From Sulfuriferula sp. (GTDB lineage Bacteria > Pseudomonadota > Gammaproteobacteria > Burkholderiales > Sulfuriferulaceae): a stretch of 24,000 nt of DNA. The stretch's first letter is position 1. Each line of letters opens with the position of its first letter. Below the pieces are notes generated by a model. It did not search any database. It had not been told where the DNA came from and saw only the letters and a program-made list of their open reading frames with translations. Below are positions 1 through 9,046 of this stretch, piece after piece. The stretch lies in contig JARLJL010000022.1 of assembly GCA_031291235.1 (NCBI GenBank), forward strand, positions 458,355-482,354, read 5' to 3'. Both the position numbers and the translations under genes were made by a program.

Positions 1-237
1 TTCAAACGCTTGTACAGCATTTCAAACCCCGTTTGCCTATCCCTCATTATTCGTTTCCTGCTGCCCGAATAAAATCAGGCAAGGCCTGCGCGCCCGGCCC
101 CATTCCGCGTTAAGCCCGCATCACGCAATCAATGGCATTGCACAAAATTAGCGCACGAACTGCGCCAAAATAGCGTTATTCGGTACGCTGCCACTGCGCC
201 AGCCCTGTTTCCTCAGGCATTCCGCCGATTATCGCCA

Positions 238-253
238 TGGAATGGGTCTTGCT
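238..253 (+). promoter_or_regulatory. Possible sigma-54 (-24/-12) promoter upstream of glnK-amtB
   Basis: TGGAATGGGTCTTGCT fits GG-N10-GC spacing with TGG and TTGCT elements, about 100 bp upstream of the glnK ATG. Nitrogen-regulated glnK-amtB operons often use sigma-54. Confidence 0.4.
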
Positions 254-256
254 TAG

Positions 257-694
<438 letters not shown>

Positions 695-706
695 AGGAAT
701 TTCGAT

Positions 707-2128
707 ATGAAAAAATGGCTCATTGCGCTAAGTATATTATGCATCACCGGTATCTCCGGCGCGAGTATCGCCGACGATACCGCCCCAGCGCCCACACCTG
801 TGGATGCAACCGCCCCGGCACCCGAAGCAGCACCGCCAGCTCCGGCCCCAACAGCAACGCCACCGGTAACGCCGGTCGCTGCTGCGCCAGCTGCGGCACC
901 CGCCCCATCGGCATTCATCAATTCCGGCGACAATGCCTGGATGCTAACATCGACCGCGCTGGTATTGATGATGACCATCCCCGGCCTGGGGCTATTTTAC
1001 GGCGGTATGGTACGCAAGAAAAATGTGCTGGCTACGCTGATGCAGGTATTTGCCATCACCTGTCTGGTGACCGTACTGTGGATGATAGTCGGCTACAGTC
1101 TGGCATTTACGCCAGGCAATAGCTTCATCGGCGGTTTTAGCAGAGTCCTGCTGGCAGACATGGGGCTGGACAGCGCGAACCCGCTGGCACCGACCATACC
1201 GGAAAGCACTTACATGACATTCCAGATGACATTCGCCATCATCACGCCTGCCCTGATCGTCGGTGCATTCGCCGACCGGATGAAATTTTCCGCGCTTATC
1301 GTGTTTATGGCTGCCTGGTTGCTTGCCGTCTATGCACCGATTGCGCACATGGTCTGGGGACCCGGCGGCTGGCTAGGCGCTGACGGCGTACTCGATTACG
1401 CCGGCGGCACAGTGGTGCACACCAATGCCGGGATAGCCGGTTTGGTAGCTGCGCTGGTCATCGGTAAACGCATCGGTTACGGCACGGAGCCGATGCCGCC
1501 GCACAATCTGGTGCTGGCCATGATCGGCGCCTCGCTATTGTGGGTAGGCTGGTTCGGTTTCAACGCCGGATCGGCAGGTGCTGCCAGCGATCGCGCTGGC
1601 ATGGCCATGGCTGTCACCCAGATCGCGACTGCCACAGCCGCGCTCAGCTGGATGTTTGTCGAGTGGATGGGGCGAGGCAAGCCTAGCCTGCTGGGCATCT
1701 GTTCGGGCGCAGTGGCCGGGCTGGTTGCCATTACCCCGGCATCGGGTTTCGTCGCGCCTACCGGCGCACTGATTATCGGCCTGGCTGCAGGCAGCGCATG
1801 CTACTGGGGAGCCGTCTATCTGAAACGCATCATCGGCTACGACGATTCGCTGGATGCATTCGGCGTGCATGCCATCGGCGGTATCGTGGGGGCGTTACTG
1901 ACTGGGGTATTCGCGGTCAAGGCCATAGGCGGCACCGCCGGCGTACTCGAAGGCAACACCGACCAGTTATTGATTCAGGCAACCGGCGTCGGCGTTACCA
2001 TCGTCTACGATGCGGTAGTAACTTATATCATCCTCAAGCTGGTTGATGCATTTATAGGCCTGCGGGTAAGCGAGAGTCAGGAAGCGGAAGGGCTGGATAT
2101 CAGCCTGCACGGCGAACGGCTCGAATAA
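707..2128 (+). CDS. amtB: Ammonium transporter AmtB with signal peptide and Ala/Pro-rich N-terminal linker (473 aa)
   Basis: Multi-TM protein with Amt motifs ([86 protein letters not shown]). Directly downstream of glnK. Confidence 0.96.
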   Translation: [473 protein letters not shown]

Positions 2129-2142
2129 CCGAACAGCCCGGC

Positions 2143-2185
2143 AAGCCGCTTATAACGCACCGACACATGGCGTTATAAGCGGCTT
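2143..2185 (+). terminator. Strong stem-loop after amtB (possible terminator or mRNA 3' stabiliser)
   Basis: Perfect 16-bp inverted repeat AAGCCGCTTATAACGC / GCGTTATAAGCGGCTT with an 11-nt loop, 14 bp after the amtB stop. No clear T-tract on either strand. Confidence 0.6.
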
Positions 2186-2409
2186 AAAGCTTGAGGCCGC
2201 ACAAAATTGGGCTTGCGCTTCATGATTTCGCCCCGTTTTATGTCATCGCCCAGAATCCGGCAACGCCAAACCAAATTCAAAATATCATACAAACCATTGA
2301 TTAGTTTGGCAAAACATTAGCAGTCTGCTATATAACGAAATAATAATATATATGGTATGGTTTTTGCTGAATTAGTACTGTGACCAATAGAACCTAGTGA
2401 GGTGCTCAA

Positions 2410-2730
2410 GTGGATACGGACTTTGTACAATTACAATTAATGACCCGTCTCAAGCTGCAGTTAAAGCGGCGTCTCGATATCAAAATGGATATCCATCAAT
2501 TCCTTGCCGACCGCAGCTATGCAAAAGAGATGCTGCAGATTGCAGATCAATCCGAGGATGAGGACCTGATTATGTACTCGCTGCAGCTCTCAGGTCACTT
2601 AGGCTGGCTGGGTGCCAAATCCCTTGCAGCCAAAAAAGCGGCCTACGAACCACAAAGACTTGCTGCGGAACCCAAACCCCTGCATGCCGACGAAGCAACG
2701 AGCAGTTATATTTACGGTACTCGCGGTTAG
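2410..2730 (+). CDS. Hypothetical protein (106 aa; GTG start, internal ATGs possible)
   Basis: Open frame MDTDFVQLQLMTRLKLQLKRRLDIKMDIHQFLADRSYAKEMLQIADQSEDEDLI, preceded by a GAGGTG-like RBS. No family recognised. Confidence 0.6.
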   Translation: MDTDFVQLQLMTRLKLQLKRRLDIKMDIHQFLADRSYAKEMLQIADQSEDEDLIMYSLQLSGHLGWLGAKSLAAKKAAYEPQRLAAEPKPLHADEATSSYIYGTRG

Positions 2731-2829
2731 CAAACATATCCGGCCCTGACAGGGAGCAACGCTCCCTGCATTGCGGGTTACTGCAGTACGCTTCGCCTAT
2801 TTTCGTTGCCAACGGTTCCTGCTACTCCC

Positions 2830-3366
2830 TTATTTCATCTTCGAATCCAGTTTGATCCTCTCCCCGGCAACCATGAAATTACCGTAACCGAGATGATGAA
2901 TAGTGCGGGGATTTTCGACTGCGGGATCTATCCATGCCTGCACTACCCTGACGACAAACAGACCGTATTTGTTCACCATATCCGTATCGTGAATTCTGCA
3001 TTCCAGATTGGCATAACACTCCCCGATCAACGGCGCCGCAACCTGCGCGGCGAGCTCGGGCGTCAGGCCGAACATCGCAAACTTGTCCGTATCCGCACCG
3101 CTGGTATTGCCGCATCCCGCTACCTTGTCGGCAATCTCCACTGTGGGAATATTAATGACGCATTCGCCCGATGCCTGCAACATCCCGAAGGAATGATCGC
3201 GATTACTGAGCACGAGCCCCACCAGTGGCGGCTCAAATTCGATCATGGTATGCCACGACAGAGTCATGACATTGCGCTGCCCGCTATGCGCCGTCGTGAG
3301 CAGCACGACAGGCCCCGGCTCAAGCAAGCCGTAAACCCGTGACAAAGGAAAGGATTGCCGAGACAT
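2830..3366 (-). CDS. Flavin reductase family protein (178 aa)
   Basis: MSRQSFPLSRVYGLLEPGPVVLLTTAHSGQRNVMTLSWHTMIEFEPPLVGLVLSNRDHSFGMLQASGECVINIP, typical of the FMN-binding flavin reductase (DIM6/NTAB) family. Confidence 0.88.
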   Translation of the reverse strand: MSRQSFPLSRVYGLLEPGPVVLLTTAHSGQRNVMTLSWHTMIEFEPPLVGLVLSNRDHSFGMLQASGECVINIPTVEIADKVAGCGNTSGADTDKFAMFGLTPELAAQVAAPLIGECYANLECRIHDTDMVNKYGLFVVRVVQAWIDPAVENPRTIHHLGYGNFMVAGERIKLDSKMK

Positions 3367-3377
3367 ATAAACGCCTC

Positions 3378-4127
3378 CTATTTCGCAGCTTTCCGCAAAA
3401 AAATGTAAATACCCGATACGATCAGTAACAGCAGCGTCGCCGATGCCGAAAAGCGGCTTAACTCCAGCCCGCCCTGACTGACCGGCTTATCCAGAAAATC
3501 GCCGACCACCGCCCCGAGCGGCCGCGTCAGGATGAATGCAGCCCAGAAAAGCACCGTATGCGAAATTCTGGTTCGATAGTACATCAATGCAATCACCGCC
3601 AGCATGGCGCCGAACAATATCGCCCCGCCCTCATATCCGAGCCCTGCCGTATCGGCAGTCCAATCGCCCAGTGCAGTACCGAGCGTCTGGGAAAACATGA
3701 TGGTAACCCAGTAAAACATCTCGGATTTCGGCGAGCTTACCGTATCCACCGCTACCGAACCCAGCGCGTAATACCAGACCAGCAGCGATGCCATAAGCAA
3801 AGTAAACAGGATGTCCGTGCCGCCAGCATAGCCGATACCCAGCGAACGATCGGCGAAATCCGCCATGGTAGTGCCGACTGTGGTGGTCGCAATGATTGTC
3901 GTCCAGTAAATGACCGGATGAAATTTCTTTGCAGAAATTTGCGCAATCACCGCGGCAATAAATATGGCCGCAAATATCCCTGTACTGACGAGATAGCCGA
4001 GCTGCATCGACATGGATACGGCATCGCCGCCGGTCTCGCCCAGCGTGGTGGCAAAAATCTTGATAACCCAGAAAGCAAGCGTTACCTCGGGGACCTTGCT
4101 TAGCGCTTGTTGCTGCATTGCGTTCAT
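3378..4127 (-). CDS. Integral membrane protein, COG4705-like
   Basis: Start at MNAMQQQALSKVPEVTLAFWVIKIFATTLGETGGDAVSMSM. Repeated KxxxTTLGETxGD / MFSQTLGTALGDW / LTRPLGAVVGDF motifs, multiple TM segments. The ORF is open to 4178. Confidence 0.82.
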   Translation of the reverse strand: MNAMQQQALSKVPEVTLAFWVIKIFATTLGETGGDAVSMSMQLGYLVSTGIFAAIFIAAVIAQISAKKFHPVIYWTTIIATTTVGTTMADFADRSLGIGYAGGTDILFTLLMASLLVWYYALGSVAVDTVSSPKSEMFYWVTIMFSQTLGTALGDWTADTAGLGYEGGAILFGAMLAVIALMYYRTRISHTVLFWAAFILTRPLGAVVGDFLDKPVSQGGLELSRFSASATLLLLIVSGIYIFLRKAAK

Positions 4128-4146
4128 CTTTTCCGTTCCTCGATTA

Positions 4147-4488
4147 TTAGTTACCGCCGGCGTCCGGCTCCACCACAACCGCCGTGCCGTAGCACAGCAC
4201 CTCGGTAAGCCCCGCCATCAGCTCCGTGGCATCATAACGCATGGATATGACCGCATTTGCGCCCAACTGTTCAGCATGACGGCACATCAGCAAATAAGTC
4301 TCCAGACGCGCCTGCTCGCAAAGATTGGTATAGATGGTGATATTGCCGCCGAAGATCGTCTGCAGCCCGCCAAAAATATTTCCTACAATGGAGCGCGAAC
4401 GGACGGTAATGCCGCGAACGACGCCGAGACTACGTACCACCTTGTAACCCGGTAACGTGAGCGCTGTTGTGACCATAGCGTTTTGCAT
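4147..4488 (-). CDS. YbjQ/UPF0145-like heavy-metal-binding domain protein (113 aa)
   Basis: [85 protein letters not shown] matches the YbjQ family pattern. Confidence 0.88.
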   Translation of the reverse strand: MQNAMVTTALTLPGYKVVRSLGVVRGITVRSRSIVGNIFGGLQTIFGGNITIYTNLCEQARLETYLLMCRHAEQLGANAVISMRYDATELMAGLTEVLCYGTAVVVEPDAGGN

Positions 4489-4596
4489 GCTATCTCCCGA
4501 TTGATGACAGAGTTAAAATTAAAATAAGTATATTTTAGAGATACATCGCATCTGGCACCCTGTCCTACTATAGAAAACCAGCGCCACATCATGCTA

Positions 4597-5184
4597 TTAA
4601 CACAAAGTTAATCCCACGTTCCGCAAATACTGAATAGCAATATTCAAGGTAATATCGTACTGATTTAGCTCGCAAACGAGGCTTAACTCGGAAGACGCGC
4701 CCATGCGCGTGTTCACAAGAGGAAAACCAATGTTATGAAACATCTTGTTAGGCAAGAGATTGGATGCCTTTGGTTCACACTTGATAGTTTTGAGTTTAAA
4801 TTCGTTATAAAAATTCAGCGTGGATAAGCAAAAGAGAATCGCACCATATCCCTTCCTCCTAAAGGAAGAGTCCCACATATGAAGGTGAATTTCGCCACAC
4901 TCCCCGAACCGAATGTTTTTCAAACTGGAAAAACCGATAGGCATGTCATTAACCAACCAGATTAAATAGGCAACTTCGGCATCTTGTTGCGTTTGTGCAA
5001 GCATACTTTTAAGGCTCATCTCGAATTGCTCCGCAGTCGGCATTTTCGACGCATCCGCCCCCATACGAAGCAAATCTTCAGGCGAAGATTTCAACCAATA
5101 ATCTACGATATGCGGAATATCACTCAAATCCAACCCCCGCACTGCGAAATTAACATCGGATGCCAACAGTTTTCCCTCTATCAT
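4597..5184 (-). CDS. GNAT-like N-acetyltransferase (195 aa)
   Basis: N-terminal DLSDIPHIVDYW, central VAYLIWLVNDMPIGFSSLKNI...HLHMWDSSFRRKGYGAILFCLSTLNFYNEFKLKTIKCEPKASNLLPNKMFHNIGF, consistent with GNAT motif A/B layout. Confidence 0.72.
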   Translation of the reverse strand: MIEGKLLASDVNFAVRGLDLSDIPHIVDYWLKSSPEDLLRMGADASKMPTAEQFEMSLKSMLAQTQQDAEVAYLIWLVNDMPIGFSSLKNIRFGECGEIHLHMWDSSFRRKGYGAILFCLSTLNFYNEFKLKTIKCEPKASNLLPNKMFHNIGFPLVNTRMGASSELSLVCELNQYDITLNIAIQYLRNVGLTLC

Positions 5185-5207
5185 GCAAGATTCGCTGAAA
5201 TAACTTG

Positions 5208-5546
5208 TTAAGCAGATATTTTGCCATAGGCGCGTTCAACTTTCGCCACGCGAACCTCGTAGTGTTGGTACCATGCCGTTTTTCCCGATTGCTGGGCGGC
5301 GAGATGTTCCAGATTGGCTTTCCAGTCGGCAACAGCTTCCGCAGATGCCCAATATGAGACCGTAATACCAAAGCCATCTTCACCGCGAGCACTCTCAACG
5401 CCGAGGAAACCGGGTTGCCGGGATGCAAGCTCGACCATGCGCTCGGCTATTTGAGCGTAACCGTTATCCCCGGGAGTTCTAAGAGAGGAAAAAATCACTG
5501 CGTAGTACGGTGGCTGTGGCGTTATCGGGAATGCAGAGATACTCAT
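5208..5546 (-). CDS. Antibiotic biosynthesis monooxygenase (ABM)-domain protein
   Basis: MSISAFPITPQPPYYAVIFSSLRTPGDNGYAQIAERMVELASRQPGFLGVESARGEDGFGITVSYWASAEAVADWKANLEHLAAQ. Start chosen at an internal Met; the ORF is open to 5612. Confidence 0.82.
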   Translation of the reverse strand: MSISAFPITPQPPYYAVIFSSLRTPGDNGYAQIAERMVELASRQPGFLGVESARGEDGFGITVSYWASAEAVADWKANLEHLAAQQSGKTAWYQHYEVRVAKVERAYGKISA

Positions 5547-5684
5547 TGGGATACCTATCCAGGGCGATAAAAAATGAACTCGCAAGTCATATCGTGCCGT
5601 GCTGCCGATCAAATATCAAGCTTGCCATATAGACCAATTACTTAAGTTATATCTCATGAAAGCCCGTTCATTCTGATGGGCGAG

Positions 5685-5927
5685 CTAAACCACTGAAATG
5701 ACAATACGCGCATCGTCTTTGTGATCCGTAATATCAAGAATATTGCCGGACACCTCGCCTGATTTGGCGGCATTGATTATTTCCTGAACGTTTAATCCTT
5801 TGGCTTCAATGGCGGCGATTGCCTGACGGGGCATTAACTTTGAGGCAATTTGCAGAACAAGCAGAGGAATTTTTACAGTAGTTTCGTGCACGCTATTTGC
5901 GAAAACCTCGATAACCAGATTTGACAT
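5685..5927 (-). CDS. Hypothetical protein (80 aa)
   Basis: MSNLVIEVFANSVHETTVKIPLLVLQIASKLMPRQAIAAIEAKGLNVQEIINAAKSGEVSGNILDITDHKDDARIVISVV. AAAGGAG-like RBS upstream. Confidence 0.6.
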   Translation of the reverse strand: MSNLVIEVFANSVHETTVKIPLLVLQIASKLMPRQAIAAIEAKGLNVQEIINAAKSGEVSGNILDITDHKDDARIVISVV

Positions 5928-6195
5928 GTAAGCTCCTTTAGGACAATAAGTGGCGCTCTATACGTATGAAAAAGACGCGCCTCACGTAAAAGTGAATGAC
6001 TCGCCGAACACGAAAAGTGATCGCAGTTCAGGCCATGTAACCTATCACAAGCCATGAAACAAGCGCCACCTTTTGACCAGCCCACTCAACTGACAGATTT
6101 GACATTGTTAAAACACCAGTGCGATGGTTCATATTGATGCCCCCCAAGGATTGCCGCTGGGAGAAGAAAGATAGTAGCCGAATTCGGCTGCGTGC

Positions 6196-6624
6196 TCATA
6201 GACGCTCCCATGATTCAACCTCACCTGGATATACATTAAACACCGGATGAGGTTCTGGCCCTGCTATATTTCGCCAGGTCTCATGCAGCGCAGGGCTGCG
6301 CGCCTGCAATTTCGTTAGAAGGTGCTGCCACTCGTACGCCATCTGGCCGGAAGTAACGGTAAGCGACACTACCTGTCCGGCCGGCTTGATTTTGCTTTTA
6401 TCAAAGGCATACCCCCGCACCTGTGCCTCCGCATGAATGCCATTCAAATACAGCGAAATCGCTGTCAGTGGCGCAGAATGATTTTTGAAACGATCCAACT
6501 GCGGATGGTTACGATAGCCACGCGTTTCCCCATGCAGAACAGCCTGCGCCAGAAGTGATTCCCGCCACAGCGCGGTCAACCCTTGGGAATCAAGATACTT
6601 GGGATGTATCGACCAGAGACGCAT
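6196..6624 (-). CDS. Pyrimidine dimer DNA glycosylase/endonuclease V-type family protein (142 aa)
   Basis: MRLWSIHPKYLDSQGLTALWRESLLAQAVLHGETRGYRNHPQLDRFKNHSAPLTAISLYLNGIHAEAQVRGYAFD is characteristic of the Pyr_excise family. Confidence 0.75.
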   Translation of the reverse strand: MRLWSIHPKYLDSQGLTALWRESLLAQAVLHGETRGYRNHPQLDRFKNHSAPLTAISLYLNGIHAEAQVRGYAFDKSKIKPAGQVVSLTVTSGQMAYEWQHLLTKLQARSPALHETWRNIAGPEPHPVFNVYPGEVESWERL

Positions 6625-6721
6625 GATTTATCACCTTCAATACCTGAGCTAATACGCCCCGCTGCAGGGTCGACTTACACGAATTGTCAGGCCTATGACT
6701 GACCGGCCAAGCTATTGCGGA

Positions 6722-7039
6722 TTAGTGATTGTCGAGCTTGCCTAATTCACTTTCCAGCAGGCTCACCATCTTGTGGGCAGCGCGTGTACCGCTTGCTCAA
6801 TTGTGAGCGCCTCATCGCTTACCGATGTCGGCTCACGCCCCGCGAGCCGCGCCTCAAGCAAGCATCGCTTGTCAATGACACCGGGCTTCGAAGCGCTGTT
6901 CTCGTCACTCAGATGCACTTCCAGTCTGGTAATTATGACCAGCGAAGCGCGCTAGAACGTGATTAAGAGTTGCCTCGATACTATGAACCAGTGCCTCGCG
7001 CCCAGAGATATTCTTGTCTGAATTTACTTGGATATACAT
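6722..7039 (-). pseudogene. HPF/RaiA-family ribosome-associated protein, inactivated by two frameshifts
   Basis: Piecewise translation: MYIQVNSDKNISGREALVHSIEATLNHVLARFAGH / (I)TRLEVHLSDENSASKPGVIDKRCLLEARLAGREPTSVSDEALTIEQAVHA / AHKMVSLLESELGKLDNH*. The segments lie in three different frames. Confidence 0.8.
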
Positions 7040-7072
7040 GTCGGTTGTCTCCAGTGAGAATGGGGGTTGTAG

Positions 7073-7133
7073 GCCTAACGTGAAATCAAGATGCGCCGCG
7101 CGTTTCGGCGTCCTTTTTGAATACCAAGGTAGG
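7073..7133 (-). other. Possible decayed attC site
   Basis: Minus strand after the stop of the 7135..7464 ORF: GCCCTAC...TCAAAAAGGACGCCGaaacgcgCGGCGCATCTTGATTTCAC-GTTAGGC. R' is perfect, an internal dyad is present and R'' is degenerate. Confidence 0.4.
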
Positions 7134-7134
7134 G

Positions 7135-7464
7135 CTACGTATTTGGTAAAAACCGCGATACTTTGGATTTCAATAACCGTACAAGAACGGGATCCATAAA
7201 CTCATAGTCATCTGGAATATCAAGGCAAACCACCCGCTTATTCAACATACTCGACTTGAATTTTGATGATAACTTATTACGATGAACCTTTTCCATTACA
7301 AATATAACATCGGCCCATTCAACTAGCTCAGCCGTTATAGGGTTTTCAGCATCATGATTCAAACCAGCAGATGAGCACTCAATGCCGGGGTAAGTTGAGA
7401 AGATTTGCTCAGCAGTCGGACTTCTGAGGCGATTTTGACTGCAAATAAACAATACTCGTTTCAT
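7135..7464 (-). CDS. Low-molecular-weight protein tyrosine phosphatase-like protein (109 aa)
   Basis: MKRVLFICSQNRLRSPTAEQIFSTYPGIECSSAGLNHDAENPITAELVEWADVIFVMEKVHRNKL shows LMW-PTP architecture, with the P-loop altered from CxGNxCRSPxAE to CSQNRLRSPTAE. Confidence 0.85.
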   Translation of the reverse strand: MKRVLFICSQNRLRSPTAEQIFSTYPGIECSSAGLNHDAENPITAELVEWADVIFVMEKVHRNKLSSKFKSSMLNKRVVCLDIPDDYEFMDPVLVRLLKSKVSRFLPNT

Positions 7465-7494
7465 AGTGAAAGACCTGACAGTGATTAGGCCGCA

Positions 7495-7755
7495 TTATGT
7501 CGGGTCCAAGTCGTGAGGGAACTGACTTGCGGTAACCCACTCGGGTTCAGAAATATCCTCAGCCTTGTCCCTGCGATGCCAGGCACGATTTAGATGAGCG
7601 TAAACATGGCCAGGATCTATACGGAAATTAGCCTCTTCATATTCTGTGTCATGCTGAATTTCCGAAATAAGCTGACTCAAATGCTCCCTTGCATCTTCAA
7701 GCTCGGACACCAACATTGCCCAGCCAACGGGGTTTTGATCTTTGTTTATCATCAC
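7495..7755 (-). CDS. Hypothetical protein (86 aa)
   Basis: MMINKDQNPVGWAMLVSELEDAREHLSQLISEIQHDTEYEEANFRIDPGHVYAHLNRAWHRRDKAEDISEPEWVTASQFPHDLDPT. Compact acidic protein. Confidence 0.65.
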   Translation of the reverse strand: MMINKDQNPVGWAMLVSELEDAREHLSQLISEIQHDTEYEEANFRIDPGHVYAHLNRAWHRRDKAEDISEPEWVTASQFPHDLDPT

Positions 7756-7796
7756 CGAAATTGTATTAAGCCTAGCGTAAAGGTAAAGCGCGCAAA

Positions 7797-8189
7797 CTAC
7801 ACCTCAACCTTGAAACCCAGTTCAACATCACACCCTGCTTGCCCCCCACGAATACCCCAATTTTCTTTCGCAATTTCTCTGAGGAGAATTTTCACGTGGT
7901 CTTTGGGTATGCCGAAGGGTTCCAGGTTGTTCACGATGGCCCTATACAAATTTCGCTTCGCATCAAGTGAGCGACCAGCAAATGCATCAATACTGATGTG
8001 CGTATAAAAATCCGGTTTCTCACGAGCAGGCGGGTATGCGAAGCGGTGCGGCTCGTGCACGATGAGACGAACATTTTTATCACCAGGGACGATTTTGAAT
8101 GCTTCGCGCAAAGCCATGTGAACAGCCTCCATGAGCGCGATTTCTTGCTCTTGCGTGTATTGCCGCCGCACTTCGATTAAGACACTTGG
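7797..8189 (-). CDS. Tautomerase family protein
   Basis: Start at MPSVLIEVRRQYTQEQEIALMEAVHMALREAFKIVPGDKNVRLIVHEPHRFAYPPAREKPDFYTHISIDAFAGRSLDAKRNLYRAIVNNLEPFGIP, preceded by an AAAGGAG RBS. Confidence 0.85.
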   Translation of the reverse strand, partial: PSVLIEVRRQYTQEQEIALMEAVHMALREAFKIVPGDKNVRLIVHEPHRFAYPPAREKPDFYTHISIDAFAGRSLDAKRNLYRAIVNNLEPFGIPKDHVKILLREIAKENWGIRGGQAGCDVELGFKVEV

Positions 8190-8343
8190 CATTCCTGCTC
8201 CTTTGATGATTTGCGCGGGCTGACTGCACCCTACACACAACGAAACTCAGAAAACAAAACAATACCACAAGCCCAATCGAAGCAGCATAACGACCAGCCC
8301 TGTTTAATTGCAAGGTTAGGCAACAGCGGAGGCGGGAGGCGAA

Positions 8344-8403
8344 GGTCAGGCCTTATTTTTCACATAAACACAAAGCTTAGAATGTCAAATATAAGGCCTG
8401 ACC
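8344..8403. repeat. Small inverted-repeat element (REP/MITE-like)
   Basis: GGTCAGGCCTTAT (8344..8356) and its exact complement ATAAGGCCTGACC (8391..8403) flank a 34-bp A/T-rich centre, abutting the truncated nitrilase fragment. Confidence 0.6.
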
Positions 8404-8411
8404 CCGGGCTG

Positions 8412-8695
8412 GAAATCCTCGCCTTCCGCCTCCAGGAAACTAAAACAGAGATAAATACCAAAACGCTTGGCGGTGCTTAACAACCACTTGACCGAATTGC
8501 CATTGATGGTTTCCGCTAAATCCCATATTTCTTCTGTTGCTATATAACCGCTGGGCATCAACTCGGGCAGTAAAACCAGCTTCGCTCCTTTTCTACCGCG
8601 TCACCAACTAATTTTTCTGCGTGTGCCAAGTTACGATCAACCTTGCCAGGATCGCAATTCATTTGCATAGCCGCAACTTTGACTGCTTTCGACAT
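8412..8695 (-). pseudogene. Carbon-nitrogen hydrolase (nitrilase family) 5' fragment, frameshifted and truncated
   Basis: MSKAVKVAAMQMNCDPGKVDRNLAHAEKLVGDAVEK then, after a one-base shift, GAKLVLLPELMPSGYIATEEIWDLAETINGNSVKWLLSTAKRFGIYLCFSFLEAEGEDF. LLPE active-site motif present. Homology stops next to the inverted-repeat element. Confidence 0.82.
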
Positions 8696-9046
8696 ACTGC
8701 AAATCCTTGGCGATTTTAACCGTAACGAAACTCTAGAAAAAGTAAACTCATAAGCCGCATCGTGCCGTGAACCCAATAAAATATCAAGGACCAAAACGGC
8801 AGACTGATGATATACGGCATGCATAACTATCCGGTAAATAGGCATTGGCTCACTCGGAAATGCTGGATTCAACCTCGGCACTCGTTTCTCGGCGTTGAGT
8901 TGAGGTGAATCGCACCCACTTTGCAGACACACAACGTAACCGCCCCGCTACCTGCAACAAATGTCGCTACGCTCGCATACCTAATCAAGTCCTGTTGTAT
9001 AGCGAGTGCACGGTTATCTCATATCCATCAGCCAATACTCGCCAAT

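Noticed and set aside
2806-3342. 178-aa plus-strand ORF opposite the flavin reductase
   Set aside because: Antisense shadow ORF. The minus-strand frame has clear flavin reductase family features.
3558-4103. 181-aa plus-strand ORF opposite the COG4705-like membrane protein
   Set aside because: Low-complexity antisense translation with no family signature. The opposite strand encodes a convincing multi-TM protein.
8284-8321. GCATAAC...GTTAGGC pair resembling attC cores
   Set aside because: Only 38 bp between ends, no internal L'/L'' dyad, and GCATAAC does not fit RYYYAAC. Too weak to call an attC, though it may be a relic.
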